Part shown: positions 1-12,675 of the stretch, piece after piece
Numbering within the stretch: the stretch's first letter is position 1
How the letters are laid out: every line of letters starts with the position of its first letter
Origin: Amphiscolops sp. MND2022
Lineage: Eukaryota
DNA: 64,000 bases
Direction: 5' to 3'
NCBI GenBank assembly: GCA_964187785.1
Contig: OZ076409.1
Coordinates: 88,600,001-88,664,000 of the forward strand
Notes under the pieces: model-generated
Told to the model about the DNA's origin: nothing
Databases searched by the model: none
What the model saw: only the letters and a program-made list of their open reading frames with translations
Program-made: the position numbers and the translations under genes

Positions 1-1347
1 ACTCCAAATAATATGTATTACGGTTTTGTAATGATTCTAATCAAATAAACTTTTCTTTCTACTAATGTGTGGTTTTTATCCCGTATTTTTTACATATTAG
101 AGTTTTTAACCTATAGTTAAAATGAATATTTCGTTCCATTTGAAACACATGAATCCGGTCTCTGGTTGGGATCGTTTCTTACAGAAATGAAACAAAGATA
201 TCGCCTAAATTCAAGTATTGTCTCTAACATGTGCCCTAATTGAAAAGCTCACATTTCTTGCAAAATCATCACAAAAATTCTTGTAAAAATGCATTATTTG
301 ACACTAACTCTTACAAGATTCTTGTAAAATTTGCGAATTTCAGGCCGAAAATGGTACTAAAAATGCATAAATTTTCACAACACTTATACAAAATTTGCAT
401 CAATCGACTTGAGGAATTACTGAAAAAAAGTCGGTGATAACATATTTTTTAAAAAAACCCTGTTCATAGTTCAGTTCAACTGACCTTGTTTGTTGCGTTG
501 TTCCGTCTTCACGTCAGATTGTGCCGATCTCTTCACAATGTATTCAGCTGAGTTTTGAATTTTCATTTTACTTTTTTACTTTTCTCTCTGTGTTTTATAC
601 ACACAAATGACACTTTGCTGATCTTTTTCATGCAATGTTTCACTCAAACTTCAACTAAGCTGACTGCGCACCGCGTTTGACTTTTCAAATTGGTTTGAAT
701 GTAAAACTGAACCATATTTTATCAGAGGCTTGAGATCTGTTTGAAGTGGTCGCATGTAATTTTTTTCTATTAATGGCCTGGATTGAGCGTTAAAAAGGTG
801 AAAGAATGAAGTGGGTTTTTTTAATGCAGAAAAGAATAGGTTGAGAAGAATGTTTTAAAAAAGAATTTTAAACTAAAAAATAGAACAAATTATAACATTA
901 AAATATAGGAAGAATTACATGCGAGGCATAGAATTACATGGTAGGCATTGTTTGTATACTTTAAAGTATACAAACTATGCCTACCCAAGATTTCCCAAAA
1001 AAGTTTTTTTTTCAACAGGGAGCAGAGCAAAAATTCCATTAGAGGAACAGACGAAATTTCTGTTCCTGCAGAGGTCTTCCGGAATTTGGCACTGTATGGC
1101 AGCTGTCTGTTACTTAACTAAAAAAAAGTTGACTTAACAATTATATCGGTTATAACAGTTATATCCTTGTAAATTTCGATATCAATTATTTTCAATTTTC
1201 CATAGTTTTATGTTTGAGCAGCTAATATGCTTCCGAAGACTCTTTTATACCAATTAATAAAAAGCTTGTACATCTGAAGTGGAACTAGAGGACGGCCTCT
1301 AAACTTCAGACCTGAGTAACGTTGAGATAGTAACAAGACATTCCTAG

Positions 1348-4290
1348 TGTTGTAATCGGAAATTTGACATATTTTCAGAATCAATTGTATTCTCTCCTAT
1401 CTATAATCTAAATCAATGTTTTAACGGTAGAAATAGCAACTGTATCAAAATAACACAAACGACAGCCAATCAGGGTTTGTTGGTCAATAGTCCAATGTCT
1501 CTCTGTCGGTAGTCGTAAACTCTCCACTTTCGGTTGACGGTCATGCATGTCACATTCCCGCCTCCCTCCGGAGTGGTAAGAGTAGAGTATGGTGAGATTT
1601 TATGTAGGGCCGTATTACACAGATTTCTTTGTCTTCTTGCCGTATTCTACAGTAGCCTATTATATACTCTCCTTCGCTTGGCTCCTTGCCTTTTCCTGTG
1701 ATACATTTCAACTATTAGTCAGTTTCTTTCTATTATTATCGGTTTAGTATGGTACCCCACAAAGATTTTCCGTTTGTTTCGCAAAGAGTAATCATTTCTT
1801 TTTTCTAACCGGTCGTATCGGCTCTGTTATTTGATTTTCTCCGTTGGATACTCTTTGATCGGGATTTATATTGTCCTCTCTGCGGATGAGTTGGAGTTCG
1901 CCGTCTAGGTTGGTATGTACCGGTTTAACATCGGATTTGTTGTCGGAAACAATGCTGAGGTTTAGCTCGAACTCCTTCTCTGCATTCTTATTTGACGCCA
2001 ATGAATTGGCCTCTTTCTTTTCCAGCCAATTTTCGCTTCTTTCATGGTTTATCGGTCGTGGTGCTTCTTTTCTACTGTATATGCAGGGTGTTCCGCCGCT
2101 TCGCCCTTTGTCCAGTGTCTTTGAACACGTTGGTTGTCCGCGTTTGCTTGTCTGGTGTTTATTCGCTTCATTGGGGCGGTGATTATCTGCTTAACGGATA
2201 ACTGGTTGGTAAAAGGTTTTCTGTGTACTATTTTGTTTTTTATTTTAGTTACTGTGTGTTCCGTGCGCGTTATGGCGGTCTGTGTTTTGTTGCTAATTTT
2301 ACTATCTAGTGAACCCTTTGTTAAGTTTTTATGTAAAAGTGAAAAGGGTAATTGAATTTGATCATACTTATCGAACTAGTCAGTTTTTTTGTTTAAGAGA
2401 AGGTCATCCCCCGTCTGAATTTGGGCTCGTTCGTTTACTCTTTGACATGATCAGGTCGTCTTTTAGCTCTGCTGATGAAATTCGAGTGAAATAAACGGAG
2501 AAGTCCTTTGAGTCCTCTGAAACGGTGTTTTTCAGATTAGATAGTTTTGTTCTGGATTCACGTTCAAAGTGAGATTCGAACAGTGTTTTCTTGGTTTCAG
2601 AATGTACCGTGAATATTAGGACTCAAAACGCCCGGTTCACGCTTCCACGGAGAATTATTCCGTCTTTTAAATTCGCTAGTGTTATGTTCTTCAGCGATTG
2701 GATCGTTTTCTCGACCAATCCGGTGCCGGTAACTAAATTTTCGGTACCGTAGTTGTAATTTATATTTTGTGACTTGCAGTTTTTTTGGTAATCTTTAGAA
2801 ATAAAGGCACCACTTTCTGCCAACTTTATTGATTTCAGCACTCCGTATGAATTTTCAAATACGTTTACAAATGTAATTACGGTTTTGTGGTTGGTATACA
2901 TACAGATTTTTGCCACCAGTGAGCGGCAATTTTTGTCCACTGTGATCAGTATAAATGGGTTTGATGGTAGATTTTCAATATGTAGATTTCCCGTGAAATC
3001 TATTTGTGATCCTTCACCCGGTGTTTTGAGCAGCTCGATTTCGTTTTTTTTCGGTTTGAAGTTTTTTGAAATTGAGGTTGTTACGGACGTTGAGGTTTGC
3101 TGAGATGATTTTTGAGTTCTGCTCAATGTCTGCGCGCATTTTCGGCCACCTGACTATTGCTGCGTCATTACATACTTTGTTTTTCTCGGTATGACCGAAA
3201 TGTAGGGCGTCCAGGGCTGCATATCGTAGTGTTTTTGGCACTATGATTCGGTCGGCCACCATTATAATACACCACTGATGGATGAGTTTCTTCGCCACCG
3301 CCTTGTATTCGTTGAGTATTTGGCTGATGTTGTTGTCTTCGAGGCAGCAGTTAAGTTCATAGACAAGAGGGTCGACGGCCGTTCCTTTAATCAGTATATC
3401 TAGATCTAACATAAACTCTAGTTTGGCTGCCCTGACGTTGTCTTGTTGTTTGTTTCTGACGGCTTTCGTTTCAATCACACGGTTTATGCCGACATAATTG
3501 AACGCTATGTCCTCAAATGGGCCGTCGCGGTTGTCTTGGACTGGTATAGCTGGATATGCTCCCGGTTCGTGTGTTACTACAAGTTTTTCGGAGTTAGTTG
3601 AAACTGTGGATTTGGTGTCTCTATTGGCTTGTTCTTGGCCTTGGAGCCTCGGTGGTATTCCATAATCGACGTCTCTGAAAAGGCCCCCGCCGATGTGTGA
3701 TTATCTTGTCTCTTCTTTTCCTTTCTCTTGAGATGTAGAAGAATAGATTTGATCTCCATTTTCTGCTTAGTTTCTTCTGTGGTCTTCTTGGTAGGTAGCT
3801 TTCTCTTCCCACGTTTCTATTCTACAATGGCCTCACTGCTCCTGGTTTCGTCTGTTCGATTCATCGTCTTACCAGTTCCGTAGTTCCAGGTTTTTCTCTC
3901 TTCTCTTTATGATAGCCATAATGTTGTCCGCTCCCCAATGGTAACGTAACTGTCAGTGCATTCGGAAGAAATCGGAAGAATGCGTTATGGTCAATTTCAT
4001 TATATGTATTCATTGTTGAAAATTTTGCAACGGTTTTATTGGTATGTTGCTGTATTGTTGAAAAATTTTAATCAACAGAGTTTTTTTGTTTCTTACCGTC
4101 GCGTATCATTAAGCGCGTGCGTATAAGCATGTTTGTTTTGTTGTCTGCCTTCGCGCCGTCTGATTGGTCTCAAACCCCTCCAATGTAGACTTTCACTGTA
4201 GCTAGTTCCGCGATGGCGTTGATTGCGAATTAGTCTTTATCAGGTTCTTCCGTTTCCGGGTTTCCGGTAGTGTTTCGGGGTAGCTATCAA
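1348..4290 (-). mobile_element. Decayed Ty3/Gypsy LTR retrotransposon (3' part: pol/integrase remnants, PPT and putative 3' LTR)
   Basis: Minus ORFs 3014-3478 (RIIVPKTLRYAALDALHFGH, integrase zinc-binding region) and 2623-3126 (QIDFTG...ILITVD...GTGLVEKTIQSLK, degenerate rve core). Putative LTR 1348-1554 is bounded by TGT...ACA, with the purine tract GGAGGGAGGCGGGAA on the minus strand at 1555-1569. Confidence 0.75.
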
Positions 4291-5137
4291 GTTGAAACTA
4301 GACAGATTGAAGGAACTCAAAAGTAGAGTTCACGCTACTAAAAGTTTGAGGCTTTTCCCAAGGCAGGAGAAATGTATTCAATAAAGTTTTTTGACAATAT
4401 GATTTAAAAGCAAAAGATATGAGAAGTGAGAATTGAGCGACCGGTTATCAGCTTGTTGTTACCCTCAAATTAGGCCTTCACAGCCACAGTGACAACAAAA
4501 ACGTCTATGCAGGTTGTGTACAGACATGTTTATGCACGGAAACATAAGTAAGCAATGATCGGTAGGTTTTCAACATGAGAAAAAAGCGATATTGTGTCAA
4601 TAATAATTGAGCAATGTTAGATGTGAACGGGACTGAGTCAACAGATAGAGCAATTTACAAAATTAGGCAAAAAGCAAACGGAAGCGTCGTCACAGATTCG
4701 AACATGCGCAGACTGGTTCAAAAGCAAAGATATACTCACTATGCTAAGTGAATTGAAATTGTTTAGCAAATAATATGATGTCGTGTGCCAACATCCCGTC
4801 GGCTATGAAGTATTATCTTCATCAAATGTATGAATAGCACAAGAACTATGTATAAAAAACCAAATGTTACGGGATAAGTTTGAGTTTCAGAGGCGACAAA
4901 AAATTATTGCATCAGTGATTCAAACTCCACCACCTCTAATACGGGATACTTTGAGTTTAGCACTGCACCATGATCATACATAATGGGAGTTGAGTGCAAT
5001 GTGACGAATTGAAATGGGTGTGCTCAGTTGCATGTAGAAATTGAGTTTGTTGATACACGAAACCTCCTACCCCCTTCAATCTGAGCAAAGTTCCTTAGGC
5101 AATTGGAACCTACACACCAGAGCAGGACAAAAGTTTA

Positions 5138-5217
5138 GTGCCCGTGCACGGCTCGAACCACCGACCTGCTGGCTCACATTGGACCACTGTTAACAACTGT
5201 ATCACTGCACCAGCTGC
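5138..5217 (-). repeat. tRNA-like (Pol III A/B box) SINE head
   Basis: Reverse complement contains GTGATACAGTTG (A-box-like) and GGTTCGAGCC (B-box); no clean cloverleaf. Confidence 0.5.
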
Positions 5218-6330
5218 TACTTTGAGCTGCTACAGTTTGAGCTGCTACTTTTTGTGTGCATTACGTTCATCTTTTGCAGTGTGGAGGTTGTTATATCCTG
5301 GTAATTGAGAATGAAATTGCCCTTGACCCTTCGCAAGTGGTGCTTCATCGACTTCATCACTGCTTCCCTTAGTCTTCCGACGTTCGGTGAGCGAAGAAAA
5401 ATGAAGACAAATTCAATGCTGCTGAATAGTTGTGCCCAAACCAGTTTCTCCAGCTCGATGAGGACACGACTTGCACCAACACAATTGGTAGCATTGTTTG
5501 ACACAATTTGATACGGAACGCCTCTTTTTGTAATCAGTCGTGTCAGTGCTGCCACTGTTGCATCTGATGTCAGTGATGATCATGCTTCTCGATGAATAGC
5601 TTTTGATGCAAAACAAACAAAAACAACTCCAAAACCCTTGACAAGTTCAGTTCACATCCACTTCGAATGCTAGAGGTCCTGCGAAGTCGAGGCCTAAACA
5701 AGAGAAAGCACGTTCGGGTGCCTCGATGTGACTGAGGGGCTAGGAACCCATGAGCTGCTGCCCTGAGTTGAAGCAAAAGCACGTGACGCACTTCTAGATT
5801 ACGCTGACGCCTTCTTCATAGCCTGAGTGACCCAGACTTGACTTCTCATTTCGTTCACGGTTAATATGGGACCAACATGAATGTTCGTTTGCCTGTGGGC
5901 ATCGTTGATTGCAAGTGTTGCCAGTTTGCGTGTGTGCGACACCAGCAAAGCGTACCTCTGATTGTCTGTCATTAAGTATCCGTTTGTCCATCTGCCACCA
6001 ATCTCGATGAAGCCGTTGTCCATGAACGTGTAGAGGGGTGCTATTGAGTTCTTCGGGTTGATGTTCTCACTATTAGAGAAGGCTCGGTATTCGGCTTCAA
6101 AGTGCATCATCTAGTCAGTTTTCACCGCCGCGAACAAAACGCAAGCGATTTCCCCCGACCAAAGATCAGTATGCGATTTTTCGAGAACGCTACTTTGCAA
6201 AGGCACAGGATTCTTAGCAACTCCACTGCTGAATTGAAATTCTCCAGGTCTACTAATAAATTACTGGGTGAAGTTAGCAGTGTCCGGGATTTGAATTCTT
6301 CTCGGGGGATTAGACTTCTTTTTCCTTTGT
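5217..6330 (-). mobile_element. Decayed BEL/Pao LTR retrotransposon integrase region
   Basis: Fragments FMDNGFIEIGGR, AALTRLITKRGVPYQIVSNNATNCVGASR and SPNVGRLREAVMKSMKHHLRRVKG match the Pao-type integrase pattern (RFxARRGxPxxIxSDNGTNFVGA; APHFGGLWEAxVKSxK). Split by frameshifts and stops. Confidence 0.8.
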
Positions 6331-8410
6331 GAGAAGAGTGTGAGGTTTGTCAGGAAATGATGATCCTAGCCACGATGGTGGCTGCATAAGTCAATATTAC
6401 AAGTGTAATTTGCACTTACACACTATCTTACAAGTGAAGTAGGATCATAAATGTACAGCGTAATGCAACGTCATTTAATCGCACAAGAACGAGTTCACCA
6501 CGAATGTGTTAAATCCACATGGGTTAAATCCACATATGAGTGTGAATAGTTGAAATATTTTATTGTAGTCAGGTTGACAAATGGTCGAAACATTTACTTC
6601 ACGCATACTATATTTCCGTGATATAAAATCTGATGCCGACGTGACAAAGGTCCGATTCATTTCAAATTCATCAAACTAAAAGCGCAACCACAAATGGATG
6701 TTGTTGCCATGCTGACGTATGCGACCATTACCTCAAATCTCGACGTTCAAGCCTTGATGGCGAACAATAAAAATGTACATTTTTGAAATTTCATTTGCAG
6801 GGCATTGCAGTCTAAGTTAGGAAATGGTTCATTTTCAAACTATTACTCTTTGAAAATGATCAAAATATTTAGTGGGAGTTAGCTGGTTAGGATATTCCCG
6901 CATTTTTCCATGCTGGGGCCGTTGGGGTTTATTTGGTTCGTCCGATCAGGATCTCAGGAACCATATGAGGGGTAAGTTGGGCTGCCGTCATTATGTCGTA
7001 AGTCGGGATAGCGTTACTCGTGATCTCGACCAGTGTTACAATGAATATTGAGTTTTCAGCAGGTTTTGGCGCTTTTTGCGTTCCAATCCAACTTCAAGGT
7101 TTCAGTGTAGGCACTGAAGGTCCATATTTGTGCTAAATCAATCTTCGAGCGCCCCCATGCTATCATGAGTCTGCGCAAAGATTGTTTCTTCAAATGCGGG
7201 GTTTATTGCTCTCGTAATTGGTTTATATAAAGTGTTCCAGCGTTTTTTTACTAGTTTCATGCTATAACAGATCATCATTGGTTTCACCTTTCTTCGGCGC
7301 CAACCGGACAAAAGGTCCGCTTGTGAATCTTTTGCTAGAATCGATTCAATTACCGAGTCCTTCGCCATCCAAGTTTCTGCTTTGGTGAGGCTCATTGGAC
7401 TGTAGGTCGGTTTCTATATCTCTTTCAACTGAGTTGTTTTCATTGGTTCCGTAGTTTCTTAGCATACCATTTGTGTCTTGTAAACCTGACATTACGTCAC
7501 GTTTCTTCAACTTTCTGCTTCCTTGTTGAGAGCAATATAAAAGGCAAACTGTGTTCAACAGTTAGTTTGGTCTTCAAAAATGATCGGCGTATTTCATCTT
7601 TCATCTGAACTAACAAATAGTTTCACAAAATACCAAATCAAGAGTAAAAGCAGTAGTAGCAACAATAAAGCGATTGGTTGATACGAAGGTAGTTTTCCTG
7701 TAATCCCGAGGACTTAGCGTCGGTCTAAAAATACTCTATAGTGCATGACACTCAAGATTATGGGTGTCATGTTACTGAGAAAAAAAGCCAGGTTTATTGT
7801 GTCACTATGACATCATGAATTTCTAACAGCTATAAATAGTAAATACTTCGAAGAGCAAAAAAGAGATGCGGCATCATGCCTCTAATGTCAAGCAACTGCA
7901 ATGAATTTGTTTACATTAAACACTATCTATTAGAAATAACCTGAATGACAGCACTTTCTAATAAAATTATTGGACGAGTGATCCATTTGATTAGAGCTAA
8001 GAATGCTTCTGATTGAGTAATATTTTCAAAAAACCGCGTTTCCTTTGCGATTAATAGAACGATCATTTTTCCGCAACTGCAGTTCAAAAACAATCACATT
8101 GAAGTGGTTTATGTCAAATTAAATGTAGTTCACACGCCTAAATGTACAAAAATGAGTTGAAGAAAAGGTAATACGAAACTAGTTGAATATACTAAAAGTT
8201 GAATATTATCGTTTGCGTCGGACAGTAGTTAGTGTAGTCGAAGTAATTTAAAGTCCACTAATGTCTAATGTTTGTTCCATATCAAATTTTTATTTTCCAT
8301 CCCCACAAATTTGTTCGTGAATAGAAGGGAAAATCCTATTCCGTTTGCGGTTTTTACTCATTCTGCCAAATCTCCACTATCTCCACCCTTTTCAGTTAGT
8401 ACATAATTTC

Positions 8411-8483
8411 GTTAGTTTGGCTCAGTTGGTAGTGTTTCTGTCTGGTAGACATGAAGTCGTGGGTTCGAAAACGTGAGGCAAGG
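8411..8483 (+). pseudogene. tRNA-like sequence (pseudo-tRNA or SINE head; anticodon loop CT-GGT-AG, Thr-like)
   Basis: A-box TGGCTCAGTTGG, B-box GGTTCGAAA, partial anticodon arm TGT-CTGGTAG-ACA. Acceptor and T stems do not pair well. Confidence 0.5.
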
Positions 8484-9354
8484 ATGGTCATGCTACGTAT
8501 TGTAATATCAAAATTTACGTCATGAAGTATGACGCCTTCGGGTTTTTGTGAAAAATATATATTTTCAAAAACGTTTTATCCTTCATCTTTTTAGTTCTGT
8601 CATCAAAATATCCTGATCTGAGACTAGATAAGTTCACTAGAACTCGGGCCCTGGAATATACCCAATTTGTAGCACCTTCTTCAGACCATTGAACGTTTCT
8701 GCTCGAGGACAAGCGCGACATGCCGTCCCGACTATGTTTTTTTCCTAATGGTCTTTCACGTCAAATTACCATCAAATACGTCATCATCAGCATCGTCTTC
8801 AAACATCCTTCGTCACTTGTCTAAACGTCGAGATTATTCTAAGAACTTCGGAGTGGAATCCCAGTTTTTCCAACAGCTGGTCTTCATAAGTTCTTCAATC
8901 GATATGGGCTGAGTATCTCGACGCAAATCCGAATAGAAACAGCACCTGTATAGAAAATGCGACGTAGAATCTTCTTCATGCATACATGTCTACACCGGAT
9001 TGAAATATCTGCCGATATGGAATTGGAAACTGCCAAAGCATGCTATGTTGGATCAGAACTTGTACAATGCAACAAGTTTTGCTTTGTTCAAATGTTTGGG
9101 CAGAATGCCGGGTTCCTCGGCTTCAATATCTTTAAAAGTGCTGTTGAAAGTCAAGTTTTTCAATCTGTTGCTCCATCTCCGGTATATTAGTTTTTTGAAG
9201 GAGTCTTTGCTGTAAGAAGTTATAGACCAGAACATTCTGTTATCTGCTGCTAATCCTCTAACAATTTGTAATTTGCTGTACTCTAGAAGATTATTAAATC
9301 GGTCATCTTGGGGTTTCAGTTAATTTATTAAAAGAGCCCAACTATTACAGTTAC

Positions 9355-9737
9355 TCGTGTTTTTCTTTTTTACAAGACAGACTCGGAGCGACGAAATTTT
9401 TGTTCAGTTTGTTCAACTAAAAGAGTACCTGGGAAACGCGTCTAAGTTATCGCAAAGGGTCCCCCTTTCATTTTTTTGGCGCTGTCAGACTTTTTTTTCG
9501 ATTTGTTTGTCTTCAAAGGGTCCATCTTCGATTTTATTGAAGCCCCACCTCGTAATAACCGGAGTTAAGCGCTATATCCGAACTTTTGACATTATTTCCG
9601 AACCAAATTGCGTTTTCGTAAGGAGGAGGCGGATGTCCGAGAACAGGAGTTTTTCATGAAAAGGTCCTTCGCATATTTCAAATCTGCGATTTTTGAGCCC
9701 TAGATATAGCGCCGACTTTATACGTTCACGTCTTGTT
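9355..9737. mobile_element. Helentron/DINE-1-like non-autonomous element (HINE), partial copy
   Basis: Ends with GCGCCGACTT plus degenerate hairpin plus CTTGTT, like the other copies in the window. Confidence 0.6.
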
Positions 9738-10186
9738 GATGTAGACTTTGACTCCGTGTGACTCGATTTGAATGTTGATGGGATTAATATTTCTAATAAC
9801 TTCCAGTAGTTCTCTCCGCGGGTTATATTTTGGGCATATTGACAGTGTAACTATCTCTGACCAGAGATTGCAGGATTTGAATTTTCCACGATCAGCTCAA
9901 AGAAATGCTAAACACATCCATTTCGGGATCACAACTGCTTCACAAGAGGCTTTGAAGGTATTCTGGTTCAACGAGTTGTTTTTCAGAAAACTTCGTTTTA
10001 TGTTTCCAAACGTTTGAAGTGCTTTGTTGGCTGCATGAGAAAATGGCTGTGAGAAAGTTTATTTGCCATCTATATGAAATCCTGGTACTTTGACAGACGC
10101 ATCAAAGTCCATTTTATCTTGCCCAAAGTTCATGATATAACGATCGGGTTCGGAAGATCAGGTCTTCCTTCTGAAAAACATAGCCT

Positions 10187-10386
10187 NNNNNNNNNNNNNN
10201 NNNNNNNNNNNNNNNNNNNNNNNNNNNNNNNNNNNNNNNNNNNNNNNNNNNNNNNNNNNNNNNNNNNNNNNNNNNNNNNNNNNNNNNNNNNNNNNNNNNN
10301 NNNNNNNNNNNNNNNNNNNNNNNNNNNNNNNNNNNNNNNNNNNNNNNNNNNNNNNNNNNNNNNNNNNNNNNNNNNNNNNNNNNNNN
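10187..10386. other. Assembly gap (200 N)
   Basis: Run of N. Confidence 1.
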
Positions 10387-11609
10387 AAAGCTAAATAAGT
10401 CACTCAGGGATGACTATGGCTTGACAAAGTGCTTTGAATGTATTGGGGCTCATTGACTGATTGTTCAAAAAGCTTCTTTTGACGTGTCCGAATATCTGTA
10501 ACGCTTTACTTGTCGCCGCAGCGAATTGTTGCGAGAATGTTAGTTTGTCATCTATGAGAATCCAAGGACCTTTACTGACTCGACAAATTCAACTTTGTGA
10601 TCTCCAAGAAAAACGGAGCAAAATTTGCCATCAAAGTTTTCCAACAGTCCGAGGACGATCGCATCTTGAGACTTTTTGAAAATAACAAGTCAACAATTAC
10701 CAGAAAACTGCTCACAGCAGCAGAACATTTGGTTCACTCTCATCCTACAGTCATGACTCAATGAAAAAAATAGTCTAGAGAAGATGGAACAACCGATTGA
10801 GGAACTTGAATCTCTCGGTTACACCCAAATGAAGGCTAAATATGTCCATTTAGGAACAACCATGGGCTGACATAGAGTCTTGAAAGTGTTGGGCCTATCG
10901 ATTTGTTGCTCAGATAACTTCTTTTGCTGCTTTCGAATGTTTGTATTGCTCCGTTGGTTGCTGCAGTGTATTGCTGTCCAAAGTTCAGTTTGTCATCGAT
11001 GATGACTCCATGTACCTTCACTGCATCGGTGATTTTTATTTGGTGTCCTTCAAAGATCAGGCTGGTTTGGGCTTCAATTATGGTTGTCTTTTTGTCAAGA
11101 ATCATAGCTTTAGTTTTGGTCAGAGGACGCTAGCATTCTCCAGTTATTTAGCCATGTAGCCAGAACTTCGATGTTTCCTTGCATTACTCCCCAGAGACTG
11201 TGCGGCGTTGAGTCCAGATGAGAGGATGGTGAGATCGTCAGCGTATTTAAAACTTCGTCCAAATATGTCGCAGCACATATCAAATACAAAAATATTGAAA
11301 AGTACAGGAGGAGAACTGACCCTTGTGGTAGACCAACGACTGATTTGAACTCAGCACTTCTGAAGCCTTCAATTCGAATGTAGAATTTACGCTCTTCTAA
11401 AAATTTTTTTTATTTAAGAAACCATTCGTTTGATGACAGGAGAATTTCGAAGAAGCGTTTTAGCTACGTCTTTAAAGTATGTTGCTTGCTATGGATATTT
11501 GATGCAGCTGCTATGTCCACAATTTCTTTTCTAAATCGCTTCAAAAATTCGTTTCTGCTTCCGATGGTGATTGGAGGACATGAATAGAGATAATTTTCCG
11601 ATTCACGCT

Positions 11610-12556
11610 GGAGGGTGGAATAAGATCAAAGAATAAGATCTAATGGAATAAGATCTAAAATTTTAACATGCTCATTTTCACACTAGTGGAATAAGATCTA
11701 AATTGGATTAAGATCTAATGGAATAAGATCTAAAATCTTATTCCACCCTCCCAATGTTCACGATCTATTTTTTCCTGGATAATTGTCAAAGGTGTAATTT
11801 TTCCCGAGTATTCCAGGTTGTGATGTCAAATTTTGAAAAAATAGAAGGAAAAAGAAAAGGTTCCATCAATTACGTACATCAAGGATTCATTTATACGAAA
11901 AATAACGCGGATTCCATTAAAACGAGGTTAAGATGCCATCGATGGCGAGATGGATGCAAAGGCACAGCCTTTATTCAAGAAAACACTTTTCACGTGAATA
12001 TTAATTGCAGTCATGAGCCTGAAATGTCGGAAGTTAAAAAAAGAAAAGTCGAAAGTGAAATCAAAAACGCTGCAGGAAGTACCTGTACACCACTCCGCCA
12101 AATATACGATAAGCTTATCACCAAAGATTCCAACATTCAACCTTTTGCGGCTCTCAAATTTTCAATAACGTTACCATCGATTTTGAAGATTTGTCATAAC
12201 TTTCCTCGCGAATTCTCGGTCATTTTATAATTTTGTCAATTTGATCTTGTTATTTGATTTTGTGCAAATATTGTATTTAAGCAATTCATGTGAATTGATC
12301 GTTAATCCAACCTAATTTCACAAAAATGATTTTGGCCACACTTTTCTTATTGAATTTGAGTTTTTGAGACGTAACGTACTCCATATGGGTTTATTAGATC
12401 TTATTCTTTTAGATCTTGTTCCATTAGATCTTATTCCTTTAGATCTTATTCCATTAGATCTTATTCTCGAGTTGATTTCCTTTAGACCTTATTCCATTAG
12501 ATCTTAATCCAATTTGGTGATTAGATCTTATTCCATTAGATCTTATTCCGGCCTCC
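11610..12556 (+). mobile_element. Mutator-like (MULE/foldback-type) non-autonomous DNA transposon with truncated FLYWCH transposase
   Basis: TIRs GGAGG(GT/CC)GGAATAAGATC built of GGAATAAGATCTAA repeats. Flanking direct repeat CGATTCACGC at 11599-11608 and 12557-12566. The internal ORF has a FLYWCH-like finger. Confidence 0.8.
11754..12230 (+). pseudogene. Truncated MULE transposase N-terminus (FLYWCH-type zinc finger)
   Basis: KGSINYVHQGFIYTKN...RLRCHRWRDGCKGTAFI...NCSHEP. No DDE domain follows; the likely original start is the ATG at 11823. Confidence 0.65.
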
Positions 12557-12675
12557 CGATTCACGCACGACAAATTGCGAATAATTTTTTCCCTCAAACA
12601 CTACTTCTACTTTCAAAATTGGATTTCTAATTTTTAGTTTCGGCCTCTTGTTTCTGCATTAGGAGGTCTTTCAAG

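Larger units (their letters stand above)
8800..11400 (-). mobile_element. Cluster of decayed non-LTR retrotransposon (LINE) ORF2 fragments
   Basis: Minus translation gives GLPQGSVL (about 11310-11335), FKYADDLTIL (about 11222-11251), three copies of the VKVxGxxIDxKLxF thumb segment, and a C-terminal zinc-knuckle remnant (*TCMHEEDSTSHFLYRC, about 8945-8995). Confidence 0.8.

Noticed and set aside
6900..7560. Minus ORFs 7138-7395 and 7346-7558 as a gene
   Set aside because: No recognisable motif, stops in the extended frame and no splice structure that I could support.
8411..8483. Functional tRNA-Thr(GGT) gene
   Set aside because: Acceptor and T stems do not pair, and GGT anticodons are atypical in eukaryotes; treated as a pseudo-tRNA or SINE head.
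10074..10403. ORFs spanning poly-X
   Set aside because: Artefacts of the N gap.
11620..12548. GGAATAAGATCTAA arrays as CRISPR or satellite
   Set aside because: They are inverted at the two ends and bounded by a TSD, so they are transposon TIR sub-repeats.
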